The notes beneath the pieces were generated by a model. It was not told where the DNA came from, searched no databases, and saw only the letters and a program-made list of their open reading frames with translations. Shown in pieces: positions 13,120-26,199 of a stretch of 64,000 bases of DNA. The translations under genes and the position numbers were made by a program. Origin of the DNA: Octopus vulgaris (Eukaryota); assembly GCA_951406725.2 (NCBI GenBank), contig OX597814.1, positions 62,930,001-62,994,000 of the forward strand, given 5' to 3'. How positions within the stretch are numbered: position 1 is the stretch's first letter; each line of letters opens with the position of its first letter.

Positions 13120-13890
13120 ATACACTCATACAAAATATTCAGCACCACCTTAAGAAGCCGCGTAAACTGCTTGACAAGCTTATCATTTGGTGTGCAAAGA
13201 TAACACATCCAAGGCATGCAGTATCACAAGACTCAGCAAACTCACCTAGGTTTTTTCACCAGTCCTTTTCACCCCGCGCACAAATAAGGCGTTCCCACAC
13301 CATTACACAAAATATGTACAGTATCCAATGCAAAAGACATCACGTCCCAATTCTTACACTATTCTTCACTCTCTGTTGAATAAGCACTGTAACACTACTT
13401 AAATTACATTAAAACCTGGTTCCAGAGCAACATGCTTAAAGTAGCACCTAGTAAGTGTACTGCTTTTTTTTATATAGGAACTCATATACAACTATCACAC
13501 TCAACAGCAAAAACATTCCCCTCAGATCGAAATAAAATATTGGCAAATACACACGAACTCACCAAAATATTCACATCATGCACTGAAGATTTAATAAAGA
13601 AATACTTGGAGAAAGCAGAAAGAATTTAACAATGATGTACAAACAAATAAACCATATTAAACTTAACTGGGCACTCAAATCACGTCACAATAAACTACGA
13701 ACACAGAGCATTGCAAGACGCTGGTTGTACACAGCCAACAGCCGCAGACCAGCATCTAGACGAAATAAAAATACTCAAGCTGCAAGACCAACAAAACTTG
13801 TAAAATACTGAATTCATTGCAACAGAGATACACAGGCAACAATGACAACACTCATCCCAAACAAAAATAAATACAGAAACACACACATAT
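13120..13890 (+). mobile_element. Decayed LINE RT C-terminal half
   Basis: AVSQDSANSP (GVPQGSVLSP-like), a YADD-like remnant, and a GCTQ...QHLDEIKILKLQD thumb-like segment. Confidence 0.55.
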
Positions 13891-14354
13891 TTCCAATATC
13901 ATTTGCCTCGCTCGACCCCAAATACATTGCAGGGATACATCCTATCAAAAATACTTATGGATAAGCAGCAACTGTCATGCTCCGACGGAATTCCCTTTAT
14001 TTGTGTCTACTGTTATATCGCCAGTATTTACAGACATATAGATATAGATTGTATATTAGAGAGAGTGCAATATGTCCAAATAATCACACTGCATTCCATT
14101 AGATTCATCATTGCATATTGTAATGTGCAGCAAGTTCATTCAAGCAGACGGAGATTTTGTATAACGGGGAAATTGGATATATGGGTCATTTGGCTGATTG
14201 TCTTATAGGACTTCTCGATCGGCGCTGATCTGGGGCTGCACTTCAACAACCATAATAATATAACTGCTATGCTATAAGCACCAGCACAAACGGCAGCTCA
14301 AACATCAACATCAGCACCTGCGCTACCAGTATCAGCAGCATCACCACCACTACC

Positions 14355-14670
14355 ACTTGTCTGTTCAATCATTGTATGTCCACTCATCTATTCATTCGCT
14401 GTCATTCGTTGCCTGTTCATACGTTGTCTTCTTACTGGTCTGTGTGTTTACTCGTGTACCAGTTCGCACGTCTGCTTAGTCTTGTATGTTCATTCGTTTA
14501 GCTAGTTGCCTGTTCATTTGTTGCTTGCTCATATATTAAATCCTCATTGTCTGTTTACTCGTTCCTCGTTTCATCATTGCCTTTGCTTTCCTTAAATGTT
14601 CACCCATTGCCTATACATTTGTATGTCGATCGCTCGTCTCTTGTTTGTCAACTCGCTGTCAGTATGCTTG
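14355..14670. repeat. Degenerate ~15-bp minisatellite (consensus about TTGCCTGTTCATTCG)
   Basis: Repeated TTGYCTGTTCAYTCG-like units. Confidence 0.6.
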
Positions 14671-15086
14671 TCATATAAAACTTTCGACAGATTTAAAAGA
14701 ATATTATTTAATTTTCTGATATTTTGTTTCGTATTTGCTAAACAACAACAGCGCTGTTTGTAAGATGTTTAGTTAGCAAGTAATTCAAATTTTATTTGCA
14801 TTACATTTTTGATTTGTAAAGGTACATGCGACAGGAAACCAAAGATTAATGCAAATAAAATCTGCATTACTTTCTGACTCTTCCTCGGAGAGAACCAGCA
14901 ATCCAATTACTGGCTCACTGCATTTCTGGTAGTGATAGCAACAATGGTGGGTTTGAATGACTATAGTTGGATGTAGACAGGTTATCACAAAAATTACACC
15001 CAGAAATCATCAGTTAGCGGGTTTCTCGTTAAGATTTACAACTTTGTCCGTCATATGCCAGCAAAGAATGCATGCCATTATATATA

Positions 15087-16346
15087 CAAGGGTTAGACAA
15101 GATGATGGAAACACATTAAAATTTCAAACATATTTAATTTAATATGGGGTAGGACCGCCTTTGGCAGTTATTACAGCTTGAATTCTATGGGGTATGGAAT
15201 CGTATAAAGCTTGAATTGTTTCCAAAGGAAGTTTTATCCATTCTTCAGCTAAAACAGTCTCCAGTTCTTGTAGTGATGGCGGTGGAGGATATCGACTCCT
15301 TACTTGTTTTTCGAAAATGCATCATAAATATTCAATAATATTGAGATCTGGGGCCTGTGATAACCAGATACGATCTTCAACTTCACTAGAATGTTCCTCA
15401 TGCCATTCAGTAACAACTTTAGCTGTGTGAATTGGTGAATTATCATCCTGAAAGATTGCGTTTCCCTCCGGAAACATTTCCGCAACCATAGGATGAATTT
15501 CGTCAGATAAAGTGCTTAAATAGTCTTGACTATTAATTCTGCTATGAAGGGAAACCATTGGGCAGGCGGATTTCCAAGATACAGACCCCCAGATCATCAA
15601 ATATCCTCCTCCATGTTTAACAGTTGGGTCAAATGCTTCTTATGGCTGTCTCCAGACATATACTCGGCCGGTGGTCGGAAATTAGGTAAAGATAACTCGC
15701 CCGAGAGTCATTCTTCCACTGCTCTAGAGACCAATTCTGTAGGTTTTTACTCCACTCTAAACGCTTTGCAACGTTTCTTTTTGAACTTAGTGGTTTTCTG
15801 ATTGCTGCCCTCCCGTGAAATCCGGCATTGTGCAGCTCCCGGCGAACAGTTTTTGTGGAAACTGGGTTCTCGAGGTGGTCATTAAGCTCTGCCGTAGTTT
15901 TGGGAGCTGTATGTTTGTGATCCTTTCTAACAATTCACGTAAGAGTCCGACGGTCCCTATCTGAAAGTTTTGGTTTTCTTCAGGAGTTTTGTTTCGACAA
16001 GGAATTTTTTTCCCTGTTTCTCAAAGGCTGTCATTATTTTCCAGACAGTACGTCTTGATACAGCAAACGTTTCGGCTGTTTTCGTTACGCTAGCGCCTGC
16101 CATATGACTACGAACAATTTGACAATTTGATCTCTTTGGAAGTCCGTTAGATCTGTCATTTTAATGAATTTTAATTACCTTTTTCTGGTGATATCTGAAA
16201 AGAAACAGCAATTTTAGCAAAGCGTATTAAGCAACACTTATAATGAATAAAAAAAAACATAAAAATAAAGCTTTTGACGGTTATATAGCTATTTCAAAAT
16301 TATGATGCTTTGATGCCAGGTGTTTCCATTATTTTGACCAATCCCT

Positions 16347-16348
<2 letters not shown>
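15087..16348 (-). mobile_element. Tc1-family transposon (DD34E), full length but decayed
   Basis: ~28-bp TIRs CAAGGGTTAGACAAGATGATGGAAACAC / GTGTTTCCATTATTTTGACCAATCCCTTG with TA TSD; motifs MIWG, IFQDDNSPIH and APDLNIIE. Confidence 0.9.
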
Positions 16349-16392
<44 letters not shown>

Positions 16393-16669
16393 CTTTTTAT
16401 CTCAGTCTTTGGCATAGGCAATGCTGATGCTCTGTCTTGAAGAGTTTTAGTTGAACGAAACGACCTCGATACTTATTAATTTTAGCCTGGTACTTATTCT
16501 ATGCCGAAACCAGTAATTTGTGGAGATCTAAGAGATGTAGACGAACCAACACAATTTACCAAGAGGTGGTGGAGGACAAACATAAAAAAGACACACACAC
16601 ACACACACACATACACACACATACACACACACACACACACACACATATTTATATATATATATATATTAA

Positions 16670-17535
16670 GTACATAATTATAAAAATATAATTATAATTA
16701 AGGGCGCTGGAATGCCAGTGCCTATACACTAGAAGGAAATGTCAAATACCTACCATCCACTCTAAATTTATTCTCTATTATGACCCAAGGTTGAATGCGA
16801 GGTAACGAGCAAGAAGATTTACAAAATTTCGGATAATCCTATATCTTAAGATTTCATGCTATGTAATAAAGATAACTTTACACTCCTCAATAGAGATATA
16901 CCGACAATATACAGGCGAAAAGTACATATACATACTGATAACTTTTTGCGTACAGATACCAATATACATTATTTACATTATTTACATTTTACGGGTACTT
17001 GTTCTCATCTTGTTTGTTGTTAATACAACGTTTCGGCTGATATACCCTCCTGCCTTCATCAGGTGCCATGGGGAAATACCTTACAAATAAGAACCCAGGT
17101 TCGACATTTCCCCAAGACACCTGATGCAGGCTGGAAGTTATATCAGCCGAAAGTTTGCGTTAACAACAAACAAGATGAGGGCAAATATCCGTCAAATGTA
17201 AATAATGTAAATAAGGTTCCATAATTCCTCATCTCTTAAATATAGAACTGTAGATACCAATATATCCATCATTTCCCGAAATTTTGTAAATCTTCTTGCT
17301 CATTACTTCGCATTTGACCTTGGGTTATAAAGAGAGAAAATATTTAGAGTGGATTATAGGTATTTGACATCTACTTCTAGCGTATAGGCGCTGGCATTCT
17401 CGCGCCCTTAATTATAATTATATTTTTCATACTTATATACCATATCGGTAAAAATTAATTTTACCGATATGGTTGTTTTTATACGCTAGCCACTGATACA
17501 ATCATTTTAATGATTATACCCTCAATTTCTTAGTA
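16670..17535 (+). mobile_element. Asymmetric foldback element (structured-tail family copy C) interrupted by a second foldback
   Basis: Arms 16670-16832 and 17277-17430 are reverse complements; tail runs to about 17535; (TA)n flanks. Confidence 0.7.
16967..17251. mobile_element. PLE-like inverted-repeat element with a hammerhead motif in each arm and a 13-bp TSD
   Basis: AGATACCAATATA is duplicated at 16954-16966 and 17252-17264. The minus strand of 17021-17066 reads CAC-CTGATGA-AGGC...GCC-GAAACGTT. Confidence 0.8.
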
Positions 17536-17713
17536 TATATATATATATATATAGCGTCGACTTCTTTCAGTTTCGTTTGGTCGACCAGTGCTAGAGTAGA
17601 AGACATTTGCTCAGGGTAACACGCTGTGGGAATGAACCTGGCAGAGAGTGGTTGAGAAGCAAACTTCTTCCTATACAGCTACGTCTGCGCGCGCGCGCGT
17701 TAATGCATATAAG

Positions 17714-18066
17714 TGTATTCAATTATTTATTAAATGACAGAAAAATGTATTTAGGTATTCAATTAACCCGTTTCAATACGTTTTGCTGCACGAAACTAAC
17801 AATAAGACTGAATAGATATCACCTGTGTTTTTTTCCACGGATATTTGTTTGTGTGTGTTTGTGAGTTTATGTGCATACACACACGTACACATACATATAT
17901 CTGTTTATGTATTCATGTTGTAATATACATACATATGGGTGTATCTATGTATACACACGGCCATATGCACAGTCGAATCGATGTTCAAGGACACCAGAAT
18001 ACAAAGTAGTCTTTATATTAATTCTTCAGATATTTGCAGAATATATATATATATATATATATATAT

Positions 18067-18115
<49 letters not shown>

Positions 18116-18116
18116 T

Positions 18117-18156
<40 letters not shown>

Positions 18157-18390
18157 AACATTATAATGCCTTGCAATAGTTTTTTGTTACGGCATAAAAA
18201 CATATACATATATTACATAGAAATATATATCATTATTAAAAAATTATTTTATCATATTAATAAAAATATATAATTATATAAATGGAGACAGAAAAATATT
18301 ATATGGTCTGGAAGCTACATTACACACGCACAGTTAAATGCACACATATATATGTATGCACTCTGTAACACACAAGGAACGCGCACACAC
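17714..18390 (+). repeat. ~650-bp dispersed direct duplication, copy 1 (copy 2 at 20412-21025)
   Basis: Near-identical unique sequence; the copies differ mainly in microsatellite lengths. Confidence 0.9.
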
Positions 18391-19584
18391 GCACACATTC
18401 TCTCTCACACACACACACACACATTATATATATATATATATATATATGGAAGTATGTATGTTTGTGCACACCTACATACATATGATGGGATTCTGCAAAA
18501 TATCCCTCTATCAAATTTCATTTACACTCTATAGGCCAAACAAAGACTGTTGTATAAGACCTTTGTCAAAGGTGCTGTGTTGTGGGACTGAATTCGAAAC
18601 CCCATGACTGTGAAACTAATTTCCAAGCCATGCAACCATTTTTGGCTCCAAAAATATTTTGACCAGGCACAAGGATGTGTATTTTGTAATAGACAAAAGT
18701 GTCTTCCTGTAATATAGGTAGTAAACCTGAAATTTTTGTGAAAGAGGCTAGTCAATTACATCGATGAGAGAATCCAGCAGGTGCTTAATGTATTGACCCC
18801 GAAAGGGTGAAAGGCAAAGTCAACTTTGGCAGCATTTGAACTCAGAACACAAAGAGCCGGAAGAAATACTGCTAAACACTTTGTCCTACGCCGTAACGAT
18901 TCTCCAAGCTCGCTTCTTAACTAGACAAAGGGCACTTTAACATGTAACTTATCACAAGCCAGCTTCTATATCAACCACTGTACTCAACTGTTAGTTATTT
19001 TATCAATTCCGAAACAGGTGAAAGGCAAAGTCGACTATTTGTCCCAGAATGTAACGGCCGGGAGAAAAGCCTTTAAGCAGATAAAGTTGTAATACGACTG
19101 AAGCGTATCTGCAGTTGTCTGACCTGCATGCCTAAACAATATCATTCATTGTATAATATTGCATTTTTTCTTAGATTTGCTTAGATTTAGAGGCTCCTAC
19201 GTCTTCAGACGCATCAGGCATTCAAAGCGCACCAGCACCGCGGTTCCTCTCTTCTCTCAATGTGTATTTCCATGTTTTGTCAATCAGTTGCATGTCCATT
19301 TTGTTACTTTCGTCCCAATTCATCTTCGGGTGTCCTGTCCATCTCTTTCCATAGGGTTTCCACTGAAGGACTTAGTTGCCATGTCTTTCCTCTGGGAGTC
19401 GTATCACGTGACTCAGTGTCATCGGTAGTGGTGGTGATGGTGGTGGGAGCGTAGGCCTGAACGAGCTACAAGGTCGCTTCTCGGAGAGTTGAACGTTTAG
19501 CATTCCTATTCTGGACAAATACCTGTGTTCTACCGACCAAAGCCTTGTAAAAGGATTTGGTAGATCGAAAGAGAAAGAAGCTAG

Positions 19585-19653
<69 letters not shown>

Positions 19654-19988
19654 CATACACACACATATATAACATATGTGTGTGTGTGTGTCTTTCTTTT
19701 TGTCTCCTATCATTGCTTGACAGCCAATGTTGGTTTGTTTAGGCCCCTATAACGTTTTGAGAAAGTGACTGAAAAAAAAAAGGAAATGTATTGGAGTCCT
19801 TTCGTTTAAGACAGTGCCATATCAAGGCTGTAGTCTAGAGACTGAAACAAGCAAGAGATAAAAGAAGGCGGTGCTCAAGCATGGCCGTAGTCAAATGACT
19901 GAAATACAAATACAAACGTATATGTACAAGTGTGTTTGTGTATACACGTAAGCGCGTGTATATATATGTAGATACAGATTTAGCGTTT

Positions 19989-20079
19989 AAAATTTCCGAC
20001 AGCTGTTTTGGGTAGAATTTTATTGATGTATTCACAGATTGCCCAATGACATATCACTCACCGTCTTCAGGTGAAATTT
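19989..20079 (-). ncRNA. Degenerate type I hammerhead with long stem II (related copy at 55768-55855)
   Basis: AAATTTCAC-CTGAAGA-...-AAAACAGCTGTC-GGAAATTT; G12 is mutated and stem III is the palindrome ACAGCTGT. Confidence 0.55.
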
Positions 20080-20730
20080 GAAATAGGTAAGATGTCAAAC
20101 AGCTGAGATTTCATTCCTCGAACTTAACGAATTCAACGTTGTTCAAAAGTAGAGAGAGATATTGGCAAAGTAGAAAAGTGAAATTTATACAAAGGGATAT
20201 TGTAGGCAAGAAACCATATAAATACATATTTGTAGGATATAAAAAAAAATATGTGTATAAGTATGAGAATATGAAAATATAAAAAAGCATGTGTGTATAG
20301 GCAAATTCTTCCACTAAAGCCTTGGACTGGCCAAAGCCTCTTGTGTGTTGATTTGGGATACGGAAACTGAAAGTCCGTCGTATTTATATATGTATTCAAT
20401 TATTTATTATATGTATTCAATTATTTATTAAATGATAGAAAAAGGTATTTAGGTATTCAATTAACCCGTTTCAATACGTTTTGCTGCACGAAACTAACAA
20501 TAAGACTGAATAGATATCACCTGTGTTTTTTCCACGGATATTTGTTTGTGTGTGTTTGTGAGTTTATGTGCATACACACACGTACACACACATACATCTG
20601 TTTATGTATTCATGTTGTTATATACATACATATGTGTGCATCTATGTATACACACGGCCATATGCACAGTCGATGTTCAAGGACACCAGAATACAAAGTA
20701 GTCTTTATATTAATTCTTCAGATATTTGCA

Positions 20731-20778
<48 letters not shown>

Positions 20779-21349
20779 GAGAGAGAGAGATAGATAGATA
20801 GATAAAACATTATAATGCCTTGCAATAGTTTCTATGTAATACATATATTACATAGAAATATAAATCATTATTAAAAAATGATTTTATCATATTAATAAAA
20901 ATATATAATTATATAAATGGAGACAGAAAAATATTATATGGCCTGGAAGCTACATTACACACACACAGTTAAATGCACACATATATATGTATGCACTCTG
21001 TAACACACAAGGAACGCGCGCACACACATATATATGTGTGTGTGTGTGTGTGCGTGCATGTGTATGAATGTATGTATGTACGTGTGAGGTCGCACGCGCT
21101 TGTTTGTGTATGCGTGTGTGTGTCTGTCTGTTGGTGTGTTTACGTACCGTAACTTAGCGGTGTGTACTTTTAAAGTACCAAGCTTTAAAAAAAAGCACTG
21201 GAATCAATTTATTCGACTTAAAACATTCAATCTAATGATTGAAACACATAGTATGAAAAATATAGAGACATCTATGTTTATCTTAGTGTAAAGAAATTAA
21301 AAGGGCAAAAGAAATGTTTAGCTACTTTTAATATTTTGCCTGTCCAAGA

Positions 21350-21560
21350 CGGCGAGCTGGCAGATTTGTTAGCACGTCGGGCAAAATGCTTAGCGGCATT
21401 TCGTACGTCTTCACCTTCAGGGTTCAAATTCCGCCGAAGCCGACTTCGCCTTTCATCCTTCCGTGGATAGCTAAAATAAGTATCAGTTGAGCACTGAGGT
21501 CGATCTAATCGACTTCACGCTTCCACCGAAATTGCTGACCTCGTGCCAAAATCTAAAATC
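21350..21560 (+). mobile_element. Most abundant SINE family (copies at about 5920, 18750, 37745, 37985, 38800, 40200, 46890, 47680, 50815)
   Basis: GGCGAGCTGGCAGA...GTTCAAATTCCGCCG...GCCTTTCATCC...GGTCGAT recurs at about 10 loci on both strands. Confidence 0.85.
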
Positions 21561-22479
21561 AGTATTTTGCCTACTTATGAATCACATGTGACGCACAAAG
21601 TATATTTCCCTAGCGTCCATACATCACATATGATACATATTTCCAATTACATTCGACTACAAGAATAACTTGGGGTTTATATTACTCAGAATATATGAAT
21701 GAAGAGTTAACTTAAAGTCTGAAAACAAACGTGGACGCATCGGACAAACCTATGAAAATGTTTTGGACTGGTAACGGATTAAAATCTGTAAATTTTTTTT
21801 AAGTGTGTGTGTGGTGGGGTAGGTAAAGTTCTATATATATCTTGTTCTAGATCATCAAAATATGCCTGATGCAATCCACTGTTGAAAGAAAAATATTTGA
21901 AATGTTCTTAAAGTAATCTGATATTCGAAAGTTTATCATCATCACTGTAGATTAAAATTTTGGCACCGTTAAAAATCATAGAGTATATTATCTTATATCA
22001 TTGCATATATGTATAAAACATCTGACTCTTATACATAAAAATCCATAATGTATTAGTGCCTGATACTTTGCTAAAACAAAATCGCCGTTATCTAAGGTAT
22101 TGACGCCAGAATACTTAGCACTTTGCACACTGTAAAATGAACTTTTAGGTCATATGTTACTTTGTCTAGTAACCTTAATTTCGGGTTAATCAACCCTTCA
22201 AAGAACTGAATTAGGCAGAGTTAGCACATATATCATTACCGTGTAATACTTAAAATATTAAACGTAATTTCTCCTCTATTATGGAATAAGAGAGCGTCAA
22301 CAATGAAACAGTTTAACAGGATTAATCACAATCAACTACAAATTTAATTAGTCTTGTATTATATCAACTTTTCCTCCGCCTAAATCATCACACTAGTTAG
22401 TATATTTGAGATTAAGATAATTTTTTCCCGCAAAATAAATCGTTTTACTGTATTTTTGTCTTCGTAAGTTAATTCGGAC

Positions 22480-24060
22480 TCGGAGAGCAGAATGAGAGAG
22501 GAGAGCAATTCGTCATCATACCAGAGGCGAAAAGGCTTTACTTCAGGAACAACCTATTGAAGAAGATGGAGAAGAGATGAACCTGGATAGCACCGAACGC
22601 AAGGGACCGAAACGACGACTGCTACATCTTGGTAATGTTGCAAAACGTCTCAGTTGTAGCGCTGTTCAACACAGGAAGCAACAACCGCCTTGTGCATGTG
22701 AAGATTGTGCTGGATAAGATCAGGGATAAGACACTGCATTAAACGTCGGGGGAACAGCGCGTGAATATTGTGGGTAAAGTAAAGCTGATGAAAAAGGGCA
22801 AAACACCGTGCAGCGACGATATAACATCCAAAATGCTGCATGCTGGCGGTGAGCAGCTGTAACCAATGGAAAGAGTCGAATATCATTCTTTCGGACAAGA
22901 AGTGTGATCGGGAAGATCTCATCAACTATCGTCCAATATACCTCCTGTCTCAGATATGTAAAATGTTTGCGAATATAATTGTATGCTGATTATCAAAACA
23001 GCTTGATGAACAACAACCAAGAAAATAGGCGAGTTTTTGAAGGAAATTCAGCATTATGCATCACATATTCACACTGACACACTTGTTGAAGCGAGCGAAA
23101 GAGTTCCGGTTGTCTCTGTGCGTCGCATTCATTGAATACTAAAAGGTCTACGATAGTGCCGTGATCAATGCGGTGCTACAGTCCCTCGAGAAGCAAAGTG
23201 TTGCGGCGCAGTACATGAACCTCCGTAGGGAGGCAAATTCGGGATAAACTATGAACATGACTTTGTTAACATCACTCGTTCGTGACTCGATCGAGAATGA
23301 CAACATAGAAGGGGATATGTCTTTAAAGCTCTTCACGGCATGTCTCGAAATGGTTATCAGACACATCATTTGGGACGGCGGCGTGTAAATCAGTGGCGAG
23401 CTGTTCGCGCAATCCGGCTCGCAGACAGGATTATGCTAATCGAAGAAGGTAACAGGCAGTTACAAACCATGCTGGACGAGTTGGACATCAGAGGTTCGGC
23501 GGTCGGCCTGAGAATCAATCGTACGAACACAAAATACATGCGGTCCGAGTATATGACACCTGGGCAAGTTGTGGATGAAGGTGATAAAGTTGAGGAGGCG
23601 GAAGGTTATGTGTTTCTCTGCCAGGCTATAACCATGGGTAGCAATATGAATAATGAAATTTCTTGGAAAATTAGGCTTGAGAGACTTCAACTCAAAGAAG
23701 AACATGCTGAAAGAGTAGCTCAACAAAACCACTCTCGCAAACCTCTTCAACAGCACGGCTCTGCCAGAAAGGCTCTATGCAAGTGAAACATTGTCGAAAA
23801 CGGAGAGGAATGAACAGCGGTTAATAACGGCGCAAAAAGCCATTGGAAATTTAATATTCAGAATCTCCTTCAGAGATCATATCCAAATTGAGCAGAGCAG
23901 GTATAGAAACGGAGTGAAAAATGCGATCGTCAAATACCGCCTGAACAGAGATGGGCCAGATATGACACGGTGCACCGATAAACATGGACACATGCAGTTG
24001 TCAAGCGGTGCTCTTGCTAGCGGAAACGACCACTCGGAAGGCCCCCAACTCTGAAAATGA
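22480..24060 (+). mobile_element. RTE-clade LINE, 5'-truncated and decayed
   Basis: KKxDREDLxNYRPIxLLSQIxKMFA, QPRxxASFxRKFS and LRINRTNTKYM motifs, with stops and frameshifts. Confidence 0.85.
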
Positions 24061-24151
24061 AAATGAAAACACAAAGAGAAAACACAACAACGCGAGGACG
24101 TGGAACAAGTAAAGTGTTATTGGACGCTCAGGAAAGAAGGAAAGAAGAAGG

Positions 24152-24186
24152 GTTTAACGTTTCGAGCGGAGCTCTTCGTCAGAAAC
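24152..24186 (-). ncRNA. Minimal 35-nt type I hammerhead ribozyme with intact core
   Basis: GTTT-CTGACGA-A-GAGC-TCC-GCTC-GAAAC-GTT-AAAC. Confidence 0.8.
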
Positions 24187-24478
24187 ATAGGAAAAGGAAA
24201 GATCCAAAGAAGGGAAGATGGAGGAAAAAAAGCGCCAACGGTACACACGCGGAGCACATACGAAGACGGTAAGTGTTGCTGAGGAGGTCACAGATGTATG
24301 ACGAAAGATTTCCGGACACAGTTATAAACGAGTAAAGAACGAATATATAGTGCGTGTGTTTATTTGGCAAAGATAAAAAAGAAATGACCATCCTGAAATA
24401 CAATGATATCTGTTTCAACACACAACTTCACATCAGGAACCATGCAACACAAATTCATTAACATATTTATACATACAT

Positions 24479-24525
<47 letters not shown>

Positions 24526-24546
24526 CCATTTCTCCCTCTACATAGC

Positions 24547-24578
<32 letters not shown>

Positions 24579-24609
24579 TGTGTGTGTATGTATATGTGTG
24601 TATGTATGA

Positions 24610-24960
24610 AGGATAGCAGGATCTCTAAACAGATGCTATATGGGTAACACGTTTGTGGAAAGAGACTCCGGCAGAAACCAAGGCTGCGATTTAAGGACTG
24701 TGTCAAGTCCTAATTAAAGGAGACATAAATACATTATATACAGGAGAGCAACAGGGAGAGCAATGCTTATCATCGCCATAGATGGTGGATAAAGGTTTAG
24801 GAGGGGGTTGACACTTTTGAAAGAACACTATTCTGCATGAAGAATTTAAGCGTGCTGCTCGAAAGCGCACTGGTAGTGTAGCGAATGGGGAAAGCATGGT
24901 TTGCAATGTTTGCAGTCGTGTATGCTTGCCAAGAGGTTGCCAACGGAGCCGCAGATGCAA
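24610..24960 (+). mobile_element. RTE-like LINE 3' fragment
   Basis: [11 protein letters not shown] motif and terminal CNVCSRVC zinc-finger remnant. Confidence 0.55.
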
Positions 24961-24961
24961 A

Positions 24962-24994
<33 letters not shown>

Positions 24995-25032
24995 TGTATG
25001 TATGTATGTATGTATGTATGTATGTATGTATG

Positions 25033-25094
<62 letters not shown>

Positions 25095-25812
25095 CATCAA
25101 AGAATCTTTGGTTAAGCATTTAGTCCATAATTGTTACTCCGACAAGATATATATATTCGTCGGACGGCGATTGTGGATCACACATACACGCACGCGCGCG
25201 TATATATTTCGCTTTGGCATAGCGAGACTAATGAACTAATGTCGAACTCAGTGTACATAAGCTTCAGAACGGAGCGTTCGTCGAACACAGATCAGTAATA
25301 TTTAATACGACGACAAGGGATAAACAATTGTCTTATGAGCTACATTAGCTTACAGATGTTTCTATCATAAGATGTAGTGTAATCATAGATAAGTGCGCTT
25401 CATGTTCGAGGCTCCGTCGAAACTATAAAGTGTCACTTAAGTACTCAACTATGAGATTACTAGGATTTATAGCAAAGACAGTTAATGAAGGTCATTAAGA
25501 TCATCGTTTATTCCTTTGTCAACTTACATTCTCTCTCTCTTTCACACAAACACATACACACACATATTCATACACACACACTCACGCATACACATACACA
25601 TGCACACACGTACACATACATGCATGCACAAGCATGTATATATATATTAATTTTACTATCCAGTTTTAGTCATGTATTGTCTTTGTAAACTTACAAACGA
25701 CCCGGTAATAATGACTGCTTCACCTCCCCTAAAATATTCTATTTCGACGATAGCGCTTTTGTAATATAGATTCCATTCCATTTATGCCATTTCCTATCAA
25801 TACCGACTTAAG

Positions 25813-25852
<40 letters not shown>

Positions 25853-26059
25853 AACTATATATATATACATATATATATATGTGTGTATATATATATATTG
25901 GCCTGCTCGCTTAGCCAGCGGGGTGGCGTCATTTGAAGGCTAAAACAATGCGTAGCGCATTGTGACCAGCGATGTGTAGCAACATCTGATAGCCTGGTCG
26001 GTCACGGTGATCACGGTGATATATATATATATACATATACATATATATATACATATATG

Positions 26060-26121
<62 letters not shown>

Positions 26122-26199
26122 AACACTCACACGCACATGTGCACCCTCACACACATAAATACATATATATTCACAGATCATATACGTTAAGGAGGAATT

